Numbered from the stretch's first letter, positions 12,001 through 21,655 are shown. The stretch is DNA of 64,000 bases from a virus (IMGVR_UViG_3300005590_000001:107988-171987), one strand, 5' to 3'. Numbers and translations: made by a program. Notes: a model not told the origin generated them from the sequence alone.

Positions 12001-12618
12001 AATTATTTTCAAATTCCACCTTCTGGTATAAATGGATTGACTGGTATGGATTTAAATCCGTGGCAGAGTGGTCATGATCTTGGATTTATTACCAGAGGAA
12101 CTGGATTAGATGATACTTATGAAGAGGTAGTAAATACTGGATGGTATGATGAATTCCGTGGTGTTGGTTTTAAATATCCATCTATAGGAGTTGGTTGGGG
12201 CCGTGATCAGCACGGACGCCCATATCCACCCAGTTCTAGTAATCCAGAAAATTATGAAGAGAATTACATAGGCGATAGTACGCTGTGGGCGGCAGCTCCA
12301 GTTGATATGAGATTTGATACTGATTATAAATTATGGCAAGCCCCGCCCATTCAAATGGGAATAGCTTATAATGAATTTCCGGCATCAAGTGGTATTACTT
12401 CACCGTCTCAGGGAATAGTGCTTAGATACGATCCAACTTATTTAGGTGGTTCTGGGATATTATTATCTAGCGGCGATGCGTATTGTTTTGATTCTACTAT
12501 GGGAATTATTGAATCAGGAACGATTGTTTATTATTATAATATTGCCGGAAAAAATCATATTCTTTATGCGGCTTGTAACCCAGATTCTGAAGCTTTACAA
12601 ATAATTGCATCATATTAG
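9070..12618 (+). CDS. tail hub/baseplate structural protein
   Basis: Likely ATG at 9070 (TAATG overlap) rather than the TTG at 9037; 1182 aa, G/S/N/Y-rich, in the tail module. Confidence 0.65.
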   Translation: MATYLGSHIESFDCNMGWGNAESSVDVTLVDCVGDGLSFSAGTIGGPTRFIYGSFDYFGILEKYNTEENSGAYAKHSANISNGLDIINGVEIIINDYYGSVNSVPNLLNVFGYLEDSGGFGGSEINDAGMPWKAIRAGVEGIVNSPATGNFGNGITYKGYRYKIDLNDLPSALPSYYRFNGDSITLTDFIDECCLAGGADYFISMEPATVADSGNFVGIFKVNTVDRTTEATTGNIASYIGSNCISEREYGLEMRKATNGKFVVGPPVDRVWFVLPTTSGNNDPTGGITQSEYSNDTVLPYFGLDGDGNYIVGYGPSGDTNEYYFDIDIKDAGYPQVTSYTTCLGELRAAKKGRLSWEGYLAKRNMNRYIINPTGLQTEFFESHAGPSGFAFSSYNGVDTFAIPKYGYEQAFHQKGRAYAHTHYPTSSGRVLTYNHDGVPNPYFLRATALGLPDAFGIAAARMLEGDLYTKASTSSFFAKVYTEFKNTLGVGNEFLQQALRPSDARNASKFEDFTNGNIGDKTLIIYRKIKDLADNYYNRRFMVSAPFTVGAVQPESYNIRTSNEPTDLGYIDESQWSSAYSNGLIPDISGIATITSADNRFHPYVKYENALIVSTGTGIVSGPYDFSDISSESKIASVPVTASGFIYYDIFIRCSTFPNMVYQDTTTLLNPRVVIEMPGAVKPIENVQSYAKSFFNLMDERGNGVGGAFENDASVNNEFIQKRLDKVGADKIQFHDGEEFHYADLYAVPLRSNLLSYGPWYAVGADGGVRYEKNAELTPWNYGGYTALNTAGNARASQEVTNQTFEEAGSVTIMGSPLLKPGDQLIVNGPYITDMSVRTSDDGIQTTYRMQSWSAHRAIDKLRSHNNRRLQRFIRQSYQSQRIYREGLKSGRFSNAVDFISGLANKFTSLDEYGQRNKPSTSHNLIGGQFNGMKSEVAIQPFYNVSAQLSSDYFDKAFMTLDGLYRPVSTVEHTGMNYFQIPPSGINGLTGMDLNPWQSGHDLGFITRGTGLDDTYEEVVNTGWYDEFRGVGFKYPSIGVGWGRDQHGRPYPPSSSNPENYEENYIGDSTLWAAAPVDMRFDTDYKLWQAPPIQMGIAYNEFPASSGITSPSQGIVLRYDPTYLGGSGILLSSGDAYCFDSTMGIIESGTIVYYYNIAGKNHILYAACNPDSEALQIIASY

Positions 12619-12627
12619 GATTAAGAA

Positions 12628-15504
12628 ATGAGACGCGGCAGACCTTGTGCTTGTGGCTGTGTGGAATGTGTTGGATATACTTGTACGAATCCATACACTA
12701 GCGACGGATGCTTAACACGAGTATTACAACATTTTTATGATGATTTCGAAGAACCGTATAGCAATCCGGGTTGGGAAAATGGAGACCGCTTCATTGCAAC
12801 TGGTGGTTATGGTGTACCAGTAGAAAGTGGATTTGTTTCTGATACTGTTCCGGGATCATCTCTACCATCACCAGTAGATTGTTTAAGTTATATTGGCGCT
12901 TGTACTTGGTGTTATGATTTAGCTTGTGATGGATCTGGTGTTGGCGGCAGTATAGAAATAGAAAACGGTCCAAAGATTACTGTTTGTCATGACAGCGTTG
13001 TTTTTTATCCACCTGATGGATCTGGTGTAGAAATAGCAACAAATTTTCAAAGTTGTGATAATATTGTGATGTATTTTCGTCACTATGCCATTCCGCCAGT
13101 AGGAAACTATAATCAATCTATTCAAATTATACACAGAAGAAATGGCACCATAAGCGGATGTAATAATTATAATGGTTTAGCCGTTACACCTGCTGATACT
13201 GGAGACTGTGATTTTACAAGTTGCTCAATTTATTCAAATGATTTTGTAGAATCTACTGGACAGTATACTATTAGTTCTTCATTAGATACTGTTATTGGTG
13301 CTAATGCAACGCGAGATTGGAAAATTGATCAAGTTTGTATCACGCAGAATGAAGTTAAGAAGAATCCGGGTTGGTATGATTGTTATGACAATGGAGATTG
13401 TGGTAGATATATCAAGCCAAATTATTTTAATTGGAGCGATACATTTTGTAATTATGCCGAAGAATCTGGTAACTATATTAATTTAATTTGGGGTTTCGAT
13501 ATAGATGAATTGTTCTATGAAGATTGCGATTGGGAACCGCCTGTTGGATCTTCAGCTCAGGGTCTTTTTGTTACACCATTATCACAAATTACTATTGACT
13601 GGCATGATACTGGTATTTTGAATGTCGTTCCAATTATGGCCGTACAAGATGTCAATACTATTGTTTGTGACACCGGCAACACTTATGGGCGTATGGTTGC
13701 TTTTAGTGGTGATGGTTGCGGGTGTTATGGTGATTTACCCATATTATCTTTTAATGATCCAACCAAGATGGGTATCTATGGCAGTACTTCTGCTCAAGCA
13801 GAACAGGGTAACATGACTATAATGGGTACTACAAATCCATTTCCAAATCTTGGTCGATCTGTTTCTTGGCCCACTGATACCATTACAACTAATTGTGACT
13901 TACCAAATCATAGTAGTGATGCTAATTTATCAAATGTAAGTTTATTAACCATTCCGCGCGAAGACAATCGTTACTCTGTAAATCGCTATTATGAGCTAGA
14001 GGGTTTTTACTCTAACGATGAATTTCTTTTCGATTACACATTGGATCCGCAGTGGATTTGTTCCTATAATTGTTACAAACTCTCATTTAACACATCTTAC
14101 AATTGGTGGGAAGGAACATATTGGGCAATAGAAGGTTCTGGTACTTCCTCACACCCTTTACCAAGTGGTGGACGTATTACTGGTGGTGGTGTGAATGCTT
14201 ATTCAGATTTTGATGGTATTGACTTTGATTCTATTTATGAAAGTGATCAGTGTTGTTCATCATATGATATGTATATTTATTCACCTTGTGGTGGGGGAAC
14301 AACATTTTATACTGAATTACATGAAGTAAGTGGTGATCTGGCTGCCTCTACATTAACAATGAATGTAGGAGCTTCTATTTTTAATTCATTTATGTCCGCT
14401 GGCAACTTTCAAGCTGTTTATGATACTGATACTTCAATAAATTCTTGGTGTGCTGGTTTTGATTTTCAACAAAGTACTTGTTGTTTGTTTGATTGGGAAT
14501 CAGATATTGCTAATAGTACTGATTATAACATTGTTTCATATCCAATAAATACAGGATGTTTTCACCCCGTTTATCAAGGACTTGGTCAAGCTGATCTTAA
14601 GGCTATATGGGGTCCTCCAGCAGGTAATGGTTTACCGTTTTGTATGCTAGATCCTTTTGGATTTCCTGTTTATAATTCAGTAGATGAGCCGCAATCTAAT
14701 AGAACTATTGATCAAGCAAATTCAAGACAAAGTCCTAAATTTGGTAAAGTATTTAATAGAACAGGAGCATCTGGAATATGCTTAGTTAGTACTGATGAAA
14801 TTAAAATTTATGATGCGACATTAGGATTCGGCACTTTTGCGGTTCCGGTAGATCAATGGGATGTGGCAAACGGCACCGCAGATTGCAGTTATAATAATGT
14901 ATCAATTTTAAACGGCGAAGTCAGAGCAGAATATTATTTCTATGCTGGCAGTGGAATTTCTGAATATGGTAATTATTCAGGGACGATTACTGATTTACCA
15001 GATATTGGCCATAATTCTTTTGCGCCAAGTGGATATCCATTCTTGACTAGCGATTGGACTTATTCACACACGGTTCCTACCGCTCCTGCACATTGTTGGG
15101 TGTGGTATGATTCTGTAGATTCAGAAATTAAAGCAGCTCTAAAAGGACCACAATCTGCTTGTGCTACCTTGGATGGATTATTTGAAATTATGAGTAGATA
15201 TTTTACTAGTGGTTTTCAAGGAGAATTGCTTACTGATTGGATGCAATCTGAGACAGACCTAAAAGATGGCAGATATTTAGCCGAAGTTAATGTATTGAGC
15301 GCTAGTGGTGAACCACTTAAGTTAGAAATATTACAACCATTTAAGTCTCATATAAAATTTCCAATTGAAAATGGCGCTAATAATGGAGAAGAGCCAGACT
15401 GTCCTTCTGTGAGTGGTTTGGAAGAAATTTATTTCCGACACATTCCAAGACTTTGTAGGGTTGTGTTAACAGAAACAAGTGAAAATAGACTATGTTCATT
15501 CTAA
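12628..15504 (+). CDS. cysteine-rich tail tip/fibre-like structural protein
   Basis: 958 aa, N-terminus RPCACGCVEC, many Cys/Asp/Gly/Ser; lies at the end of the tail module. Confidence 0.55.
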   Translation: MRRGRPCACGCVECVGYTCTNPYTSDGCLTRVLQHFYDDFEEPYSNPGWENGDRFIATGGYGVPVESGFVSDTVPGSSLPSPVDCLSYIGACTWCYDLACDGSGVGGSIEIENGPKITVCHDSVVFYPPDGSGVEIATNFQSCDNIVMYFRHYAIPPVGNYNQSIQIIHRRNGTISGCNNYNGLAVTPADTGDCDFTSCSIYSNDFVESTGQYTISSSLDTVIGANATRDWKIDQVCITQNEVKKNPGWYDCYDNGDCGRYIKPNYFNWSDTFCNYAEESGNYINLIWGFDIDELFYEDCDWEPPVGSSAQGLFVTPLSQITIDWHDTGILNVVPIMAVQDVNTIVCDTGNTYGRMVAFSGDGCGCYGDLPILSFNDPTKMGIYGSTSAQAEQGNMTIMGTTNPFPNLGRSVSWPTDTITTNCDLPNHSSDANLSNVSLLTIPREDNRYSVNRYYELEGFYSNDEFLFDYTLDPQWICSYNCYKLSFNTSYNWWEGTYWAIEGSGTSSHPLPSGGRITGGGVNAYSDFDGIDFDSIYESDQCCSSYDMYIYSPCGGGTTFYTELHEVSGDLAASTLTMNVGASIFNSFMSAGNFQAVYDTDTSINSWCAGFDFQQSTCCLFDWESDIANSTDYNIVSYPINTGCFHPVYQGLGQADLKAIWGPPAGNGLPFCMLDPFGFPVYNSVDEPQSNRTIDQANSRQSPKFGKVFNRTGASGICLVSTDEIKIYDATLGFGTFAVPVDQWDVANGTADCSYNNVSILNGEVRAEYYFYAGSGISEYGNYSGTITDLPDIGHNSFAPSGYPFLTSDWTYSHTVPTAPAHCWVWYDSVDSEIKAALKGPQSACATLDGLFEIMSRYFTSGFQGELLTDWMQSETDLKDGRYLAEVNVLSASGEPLKLEILQPFKSHIKFPIENGANNGEEPDCPSVSGLEEIYFRHIPRLCRVVLTETSENRLCSF

Positions 15505-16121
15505 AATCTGAAGATGAAATTAAAAATATTCCTCATTACACGAAGTATATATTTACATACGTTCCATTGCATGAATTTACAATGAAAGGGGCTCATGTTA
15601 TACATGTACTAGATGACCCGATGAAAATGAACCGTCCGGGATTATCATCTTATGTAATTACCCGTGGATTTGATAAGGCCGGATTAATGCGGTGGGATGA
15701 GCCATTGGAAGATTTCATTAAAGTTTTTGAAGCAAAACAAATCATTATTTCAAATCAATCTAAAAGATATATGACATTAGGAGATGTTTCAATGGTTAGT
15801 AATACTAAAAAAGTAATTAATTTCGCCGGAGCTTTAGTTAAGCATATAGCTAATGGTTTAAAAAATGTCAGCGACGAAGAACAACAACGACGATTGGAAA
15901 TTTGCAATTCTTGCCCGTTATTATTAAACGGCGAATGTTCACTGTGCGGTTGTCCAGTAGAAGAAAAGACTAAGTGGGAATCAGAAGATTGCCCAGATGA
16001 TCCATCTCGTTGGACTGGTGAAGCAAAGAAAAAGCAGGCGTTGCCGCCTGCTCCTCAAACTCAACCCGCTCCTATGAGCCAACCTAGAAAGAAAAAGGGC
16101 GGCTGTGGATGCGGTGGCTAA
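15492..16121 (+). CDS. Cys-cluster protein (RLxICxxCP...CxxCGC...KxxWxxExCP)
   Basis: C-terminal RLEICNSCP-ECSLCGC-KTKWESEDCP motif and a GCGCGG tail. Confidence 0.6.
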   Translation: MFILKSEDEIKNIPHYTKYIFTYVPLHEFTMKGAHVIHVLDDPMKMNRPGLSSYVITRGFDKAGLMRWDEPLEDFIKVFEAKQIIISNQSKRYMTLGDVSMVSNTKKVINFAGALVKHIANGLKNVSDEEQQRRLEICNSCPLLLNGECSLCGCPVEEKTKWESEDCPDDPSRWTGEAKKKQALPPAPQTQPAPMSQPRKKKGGCGCGG

Positions 16122-16861
16122 TTTTTTTGTTGATGCTTCTGAATGTAATTAAAGAATGCATGTCCTTGTTCTAAACTAAAATCATCTAGATTTGCCGGAC
16201 CTTTAAATTCTCTTAGACATTCTTCAAGACTAATTCCAAGAGCCACTAATTTCTTATGAATTAAGTTTTTAACTCTTTCAGTAATTTTCTGAACATCAGC
16301 TGATGGTGCCGGTTCAAAGGCATCCTCTGTATAACCAGAAACCATTTCTTCAGCTGAAGTTACCTGTAGGCCGAGTGCTTTTTTGAGTGCTCGGCTTTCT
16401 GCTTTAGTCTCTGCAGTAGCTGCCGGATGTTGAGCAAATTTATTATTCTTTGTCTCTACACAATCTGCTAATCCACGAAATGTACGCACTGGATACGACA
16501 CATCAATATTGCCGTAGTCAATTGGTAAAGACATTTTCCAATAAATTTGTAACTCATACAATACTGTAACCACACGACTATCTTCCGTTGGGCTTACATC
16601 AAAATTTACCGGCCCAGCAAATTTAAAATCGCCCAAATATTTTTGAGCTAATCGCCGAAGACCAATACATCTTGGATATCTTTCTTCATATTTCTCTTCT
16701 TCTGTAAGTTCAGACATGAGCATCTCTTGCCATGCATCACTGCCATACGCAAGATTTTGTTCGTCTAGAGCCTCTTCTACTGTGGTTGGTTGTTGAGGTT
16801 CTTCAAATGCAATTTTAAAATCATCATTTGATTCTTCATCAACTACTTTACGCTTAGCCAC
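16118..16861 (-). CDS. single-strand annealing protein (Rad52/Sak-like)
   Basis: GLRRLAQ...FRGLAD...HPAATAETKAESRALKKALGL is typical of Rad52/22-type SSAPs. Confidence 0.65.
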   Translation of the reverse strand: MAKRKVVDEESNDDFKIAFEEPQQPTTVEEALDEQNLAYGSDAWQEMLMSELTEEEKYEERYPRCIGLRRLAQKYLGDFKFAGPVNFDVSPTEDSRVVTVLYELQIYWKMSLPIDYGNIDVSYPVRTFRGLADCVETKNNKFAQHPAATAETKAESRALKKALGLQVTSAEEMVSGYTEDAFEPAPSADVQKITERVKNLIHKKLVALGISLEECLREFKGPANLDDFSLEQGHAFFNYIQKHQQKN

Positions 16862-17306
16862 TATTTAATACCCCTTGTAAATTTTGAAAAGTTAAGTCGC
16901 AAACTGTTGGTCTACGACCACAATATTGTTCAATTTTGTCTGCATGATCCACACATCGGCACAATAAATAATCTGCTGATCGGAATAATTCAATATTCTT
17001 TTCATACGAAATACCATTATTGTGCCAATCTAAATCATATACATAATAAATGCGCTTACTATTAGTTGGAATTCTTTCCGCTATTAAGGCTTCTTCACCT
17101 TGCGTATATATTAAAATGTTATCCCATAAACTATATACATTTAAAATTGGTAAACAAGAAATATCATCATGAGCAACCGACGCCATAGTGAACAGTGCCG
17201 CCTGAGACGGCTGGTTCTGTATTATATTTTTTATCTGCAGCATCCTTTGACTCTTCTTGTTCGACTTTAGCAGGAAGCACATCAAGTTCTTTTTGTACGG
17301 TAACAA
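16854..17306 (-). CDS. glycosyltransferase-like fragment
   Basis: RIYYVYDLDW...ADYLLCR resembles a GT-B N-domain; true start may be ATG 17243. Confidence 0.4.
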   Translation of the reverse strand: MLPYKKNLMCFLLKSNKKSQRMLQIKNIIQNQPSQAALFTMASVAHDDISCLPILNVYSLWDNILIYTQGEEALIAERIPTNSKRIYYVYDLDWHNNGISYEKNIELFRSADYLLCRCVDHADKIEQYCGRRPTVCDLTFQNLQGVLNSG

Positions 17307-17691
17307 TTCGTTTTTCCTTTAAATCAATAATTTTTTTACCTAAATGACTAAACCAATCTGGTAAACCATGACGAATAATAACATAATCAAAGTATTGGAA
17401 ATCAATCTTTAAATCATTATAATTCATATTGAGAATAGCAGCTTTACTATTGGGGAAAAGTCCAGATCTATATCTATTAACTAATCCGTCCTCTTCTAAG
17501 ACAACAACATCGTGTCCCTTCTCTGCTAGATATTCTCCCTCTGGAGACAAACCTCCATCAAGATCTAAAATCTTTTGTCGACCTTTAACTTTATTTAAAA
17601 GTTTTTTATCGTCTTTGTCTACTGGATCTCCACCAGCATCCAAAATTCCTTTTAATTGCATTCTTTGTGTAGTTAGTGATATTTTTTTCAT
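17167..17691 (-). CDS. class I SAM methyltransferase-like protein (degenerate)
   Basis: ILDLDGG...YLAEKGHDVVVLE...FDYVI. Confidence 0.55.
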   Translation of the reverse strand: MKKISLTTQRMQLKGILDAGGDPVDKDDKKLLNKVKGRQKILDLDGGLSPEGEYLAEKGHDVVVLEEDGLVNRYRSGLFPNSKAAILNMNYNDLKIDFQYFDYVIIRHGLPDWFSHLGKKIIDLKEKRIVTVQKELDVLPAKVEQEESKDAADKKYNTEPAVSGGTVHYGVGCS

Positions 17692-18161
17692 ATTATTCCA
17701 AATGCCTTATTATTAGTTGTTGTGATGATTCCGGTACGTCCGGTGATTTTTTCCAACTCATCAAAAATTTTCTTTTCATCTTCTCTATGAACATCATCTA
17801 CAATCATTGTAACATCTGTATTGAATAAATCAATATTTTTTATAAATCCATACCGCCCAATAATACCCGGTGGACCATCAATTAAAATACATGAGTATTC
17901 TTTTGGTAATGATTTTAATGCATATGCGTCATACCAACTATCTTTAATTGGCGCGTAAATATACTTTATATTTGCGGAACTATGCATACCAATAAATTTG
18001 TAATCATGTTCAACTGAAAAAACTTTCCAGTACTTTGCTAATACAGCAGTTGCTTGTCCACTTCCTAATTCTATAATATTAGTAAAACTAGGAATATTTT
18101 GCCGCATCCAAACAAAGATCTCGTAGTCTATTGACCACTCTCCAAAATTTTCTTTTTCCAT
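17688..18161 (-). CDS. class I SAM-dependent methyltransferase
   Basis: IIELGSG motif I, SVEHD, ILIDGPPG, IVDD. Confidence 0.75.
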   Translation of the reverse strand: MEKENFGEWSIDYEIFVWMRQNIPSFTNIIELGSGQATAVLAKYWKVFSVEHDYKFIGMHSSANIKYIYAPIKDSWYDAYALKSLPKEYSCILIDGPPGIIGRYGFIKNIDLFNTDVTMIVDDVHREDEKKIFDELEKITGRTGIITTTNNKAFGII

Positions 18162-18841
18162 TCTTCTATCTTTTTAGATTGTCTTATCGACAATATATGG
18201 TTATCTTTCAAAAGATTATCCCATTCACAATCTTTGTATGTTTCTGGATTTACAGAGGAAAGATTGATATCAACCTTTTCTTGTAAATTGAATACATTAA
18301 TACAGTTTTCAAAATCAAATGGGGTTAGTGCCACTTTGCCTAAGCTATTAATTTTCATAATTTCTTCAATTTCGTTGGCGGCACATATGACGTTGGATTT
18401 ATATAATGCTCCGGTAAATTCTTGCGGAATAGATCCACAAGTAGCGATACCATAACCCTCACCAAATACTTTTAATGAGTATCCCAAAGATTCGATCTTT
18501 TTAACAAAGATCATACTATCTGGACGTCTATTAAATAATACAACTTCTGTTCCATAAAGCTCTTTTGGTTCAAGAAATTTTAATTGCAACGGGTCAAACC
18601 CTTGTTGAAAATTATAATTTAATCCGGGAAATGACAGTCCGGGAGCACAAAATTTTACAGCAGGGAATTGATTCATAGCTCTTTCAGCTTCAGCTACATT
18701 CTCAGTTAAAATCATATCCGGGATAGGATCTTCAGAAGCCATCTGAAATACTGATTTTTGTTGTATTATTAATTGGACATCTCCGCCAGAAAGAATTTTA
18801 TCCGCTGACAGTAATCCGTATATATTAGTTTTAATTATCAT
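18128..18841 (-). CDS. glycosyltransferase-like protein
   Basis: GFDP...LKVFGEG...LYKSNV resembles a GT-B C-domain; inside the GT cluster. Confidence 0.4.
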   Translation of the reverse strand: MIIKTNIYGLLSADKILSGGDVQLIIQQKSVFQMASEDPIPDMILTENVAEAERAMNQFPAVKFCAPGLSFPGLNYNFQQGFDPLQLKFLEPKELYGTEVVLFNRRPDSMIFVKKIESLGYSLKVFGEGYGIATCGSIPQEFTGALYKSNVICAANEIEEIMKINSLGKVALTPFDFENCINVFNLQEKVDINLSSVNPETYKDCEWDNLLKDNHILSIRQSKKIEEWKKKILESGQ

Positions 18842-19535
18842 AATTTAAAAATGATTTCGATGTATCTTCAATTGCTTCTAATTTAAATTCTTCAAAAAGT
18901 TCAAAGTCAAACATATTTTTTCTACATGTAGAACTGCAAACTTTTTTCTTCAATCTTGCCACATCTGGCTTAGAAAGTTTAGTCAGTCCTAAAAATTTCT
19001 TATTCGATTTAAAAGTAAATGATCTGATGTTATTTAATCTATCTTGTATTAATCCAACCCCATTAGCTTTAATTTCTTTATACAATGTAGCACTATTTTC
19101 TGCATCATATAATTTTTCAAAAGAAAAATAGGACGGAACAAATTCTCCTCTTAAGAAGAATACTAATGGGGATAAACTTGCGTTAATTCCTATTCTAACA
19201 TCTTCTGCAGAATTTGAAACATCATAAATTACATTTTCAACAATACAATATTCACTTCTTCGATCAAACTTTAATACCTTGTTTATCTTATGACCGCCGA
19301 CAATAATAATTTCTGGATCATAACAAAATGCATGTATCACATCTAATTGATAATTTAATATTTCTGATCCAGCATACTCCATTAATGATGGAGGTAAATT
19401 GGATATTTTATTACAATATGGTCTAGAATTAATAATAATAAAAGCAGCTTTGTGACACACTTGGTGTTTAGAGGCTGGCTTAACTTTATCATAAATTACA
19501 CTACGACCCTCATATTTAAAGGTAGAGATGGGCAT
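18831..19535 (-). CDS. nucleotidyltransferase-like protein (LicC/NTP_transf fold, degenerate)
   Basis: PPSLM...ILNYQLD...IIIVGGH...VENVIYDVSNSAED; the canonical AAGxGxR loop is absent. Confidence 0.55.
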   Translation of the reverse strand: MPISTFKYEGRSVIYDKVKPASKHQVCHKAAFIIINSRPYCNKISNLPPSLMEYAGSEILNYQLDVIHAFCYDPEIIIVGGHKINKVLKFDRRSEYCIVENVIYDVSNSAEDVRIGINASLSPLVFFLRGEFVPSYFSFEKLYDAENSATLYKEIKANGVGLIQDRLNNIRSFTFKSNKKFLGLTKLSKPDVARLKKKVCSSTCRKNMFDFELFEEFKLEAIEDTSKSFLNYDN

Positions 19536-20232
19536 TCCTCTGTCTTAATTTACGCAAGCATTCCTCACGCACCTTACCCCGAATTGGATCAGCACTATTA
19601 TTAGATCCCATTCTTACAACACTTAAAACTTCTGGGTGGTGCCAAGCAACACAATGCTGTATAGCTCTAAGCCAAAAATCATAATCTTGCGCAACTCGCA
19701 TTGATTCATCATAATAAACTTCATTACTCAACTGAGCTTTTTTAAATACCCAAGATTTTACTAAACTATTACATTGAATTTGGCAATTTCTCCACATCAT
19801 TTCTGGAGTAGTAGAAATTTTATATTCTCTAGCATAGAAATCATGATCGTTATAATAATGTAAATAATCATCATATACAATACCAATTTCGTCATTACTC
19901 TCAGCAATGTTATATAACGTTTCTACTTTCTTATCATACATCCAATCATCAGCATCTAGCAGCTGAATATATTTCAGACCAAGTTTTAAAGCAGCATTGA
20001 CGCCAACATTTCTAGCTGATCCCGGACCGCCATTCTTTTTATAAATTACTTCTACACCATGTTTTTCATATGATTCCAATACACTCCTTGAATTATCAAT
20101 AGAGCCATCATCTACCACAATAATTTTACATGGATAAGATTGGCTAAGAGATGATTCTACCGCTTTCTTAACATATTCTTGATGATTATAATTGGGAATT
20201 ACAATTGCTACTTCTGTGCTTTGATTGTCCAT
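19516..20232 (-). CDS. glycosyltransferase family 2
   Basis: IVIPNYN, IIVVDDGSID, NGGPGSARN, LDADD, DYDFWLR. Confidence 0.92.
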   Translation of the reverse strand: MDNQSTEVAIVIPNYNHQEYVKKAVESSLSQSYPCKIIVVDDGSIDNSRSVLESYEKHGVEVIYKKNGGPGSARNVGVNAALKLGLKYIQLLDADDWMYDKKVETLYNIAESNDEIGIVYDDYLHYYNDHDFYAREYKISTTPEMMWRNCQIQCNSLVKSWVFKKAQLSNEVYYDESMRVAQDYDFWLRAIQHCVAWHHPEVLSVVRMGSNNSADPIRGKVREECLRKLRQRNAHLYL

Positions 20233-20651
20233 AAACCACCTTCATCAATGTTTATTTCTAGAATTTCGCATCCCATTTTAGTTAACAGCCTACGCATCTC
20301 AACCATTGGAAACATACAACGCATTGGTGTTGGACGTTTAAATAACTGATTATTCAAAGCATTTAGATCTAAACGTCTAGCAATCAAATTTTTAGACATA
20401 ATATACGGATCTAATCCGCCGATAATTAATTGTCCTCCATTACGCAACATATATAACCAGTGTTCCATAATAGGTTCGATCATACTTATATCTAAATAAT
20501 CAATAAAGTCTGGAGCATAAAATTCTGTAATTTCTGCGGGTGCAAATAATGCACTGAAATCGCCATAATTTTGATTGAAATCTTTATTCAATGGACTGGC
20601 GTAAAAATATCCATCTTTTTGTGGTTCTGTAATTGTGACTTGAATTTTCAT
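20208..20651 (-). CDS. methyltransferase-like protein (degenerate)
   Basis: FIDYL...EHWLYMLRNGGQLII resembles the MTase C-terminal half; no motif I. Confidence 0.5.
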   Translation of the reverse strand: MKIQVTITEPQKDGYFYASPLNKDFNQNYGDFSALFAPAEITEFYAPDFIDYLDISMIEPIMEHWLYMLRNGGQLIIGGLDPYIMSKNLIARRLDLNALNNQLFKRPTPMRCMFPMVEMRRLLTKMGCEILEINIDEGGLWTIKAQK

Positions 20652-21604
20652 TAAATGACTTCGTTAATTAAATTTGTCCAATTTTGTGTAAATTTTGTTT
20701 TAGAAAACTTTTCTATCACAGTCTTTCGTGCATTGTCTCCAATTTGTTGGAGGGTTTGTTTATTTAATGACAAAATATGTTGCACTAATTTTTTACCATC
20801 TTTATCATTATTTACATCATACAGAAATCCATTATAACCATGCTGAATTACCTCTGGAATCATACTGGTGGCTGATGATATACAACAGCATCCACAAGAC
20901 ATAGCCTCAAATAAGGAGAATGGCATCGTTGATGCTCTGCTCGTATTGAGAAAAATATAATGATTATTATAGATATCAATCAATTCATCTATGTTTTCTG
21001 CAGGCTTAGAAATTCCCGTCTTTGATGTTCCCACTAATTTAGTGGAAAAGGAAGATGTGATATTCTTCCATCCTGTATAATTACACGACCCATCTCGTTG
21101 ATCAAATTCATTTACTACTGAAAGTAGTGATAATGATTTTTGTTGTTTACGGCGACTTTCAAAGAGTTCTGTATCTACACACTGCGGAATCACTGTATGA
21201 TGCATAGGAAACTGCCATTGATTAACACTATACTGTGAAAGAAATACATTCTTATCGCCGATTAAAGCATTAAGATTTAGATCTGAATCTCTTTGTGGTA
21301 AAGTGTGCTCTAATTGAATCAATGGCACTCTAAGTTGTCGCGCCGCTTTTGAAAATAATTGATGTTGGCCATATTTATGTTGACTTAAAATAACATCTGG
21401 TTTAATATTCGGCGTCAATACATTCACAATTTCATGATTGGCCGGTAGAGGTGCATAGTTGAAATCCCACTCTTTGGCTCCTTGATAATTCCACATGATG
21501 AAATTAAATGGCAGATCGTCCATATAAGATTGATATCTTTCATGGGTCGCCGCCGTCAATACTGTAGGTTTTTCTTTTGTAAATTCTTTAACTAAATTCT
21601 TCAT
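20651..21604 (-). CDS. glycosyltransferase family 4 (GT-B)
   Basis: IFLNTS...PFSLFEAMSCG...IPEVIQHGYNGFL. Confidence 0.9.
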   Translation of the reverse strand: MKNLVKEFTKEKPTVLTAATHERYQSYMDDLPFNFIMWNYQGAKEWDFNYAPLPANHEIVNVLTPNIKPDVILSQHKYGQHQLFSKAARQLRVPLIQLEHTLPQRDSDLNLNALIGDKNVFLSQYSVNQWQFPMHHTVIPQCVDTELFESRRKQQKSLSLLSVVNEFDQRDGSCNYTGWKNITSSFSTKLVGTSKTGISKPAENIDELIDIYNNHYIFLNTSRASTMPFSLFEAMSCGCCCISSATSMIPEVIQHGYNGFLYDVNNDKDGKKLVQHILSLNKQTLQQIGDNARKTVIEKFSKTKFTQNWTNLINEVI

Positions 21605-21621
21605 TCGAAATCCTTAAAGGG

Positions 21622-21643
21622 CACCCGGCCTTTCGACCGGGTG
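21622..21643 (-). terminator. GC-rich stem-loop with GAAA tetraloop (weak terminator or mRNA stabiliser)
   Basis: Minus strand CACCCGGTC-GAAA-GGCCGGGTG in an intergenic gap; the U-tract is short. Confidence 0.55.
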
Positions 21644-21655
21644 TTTGACCTACTT

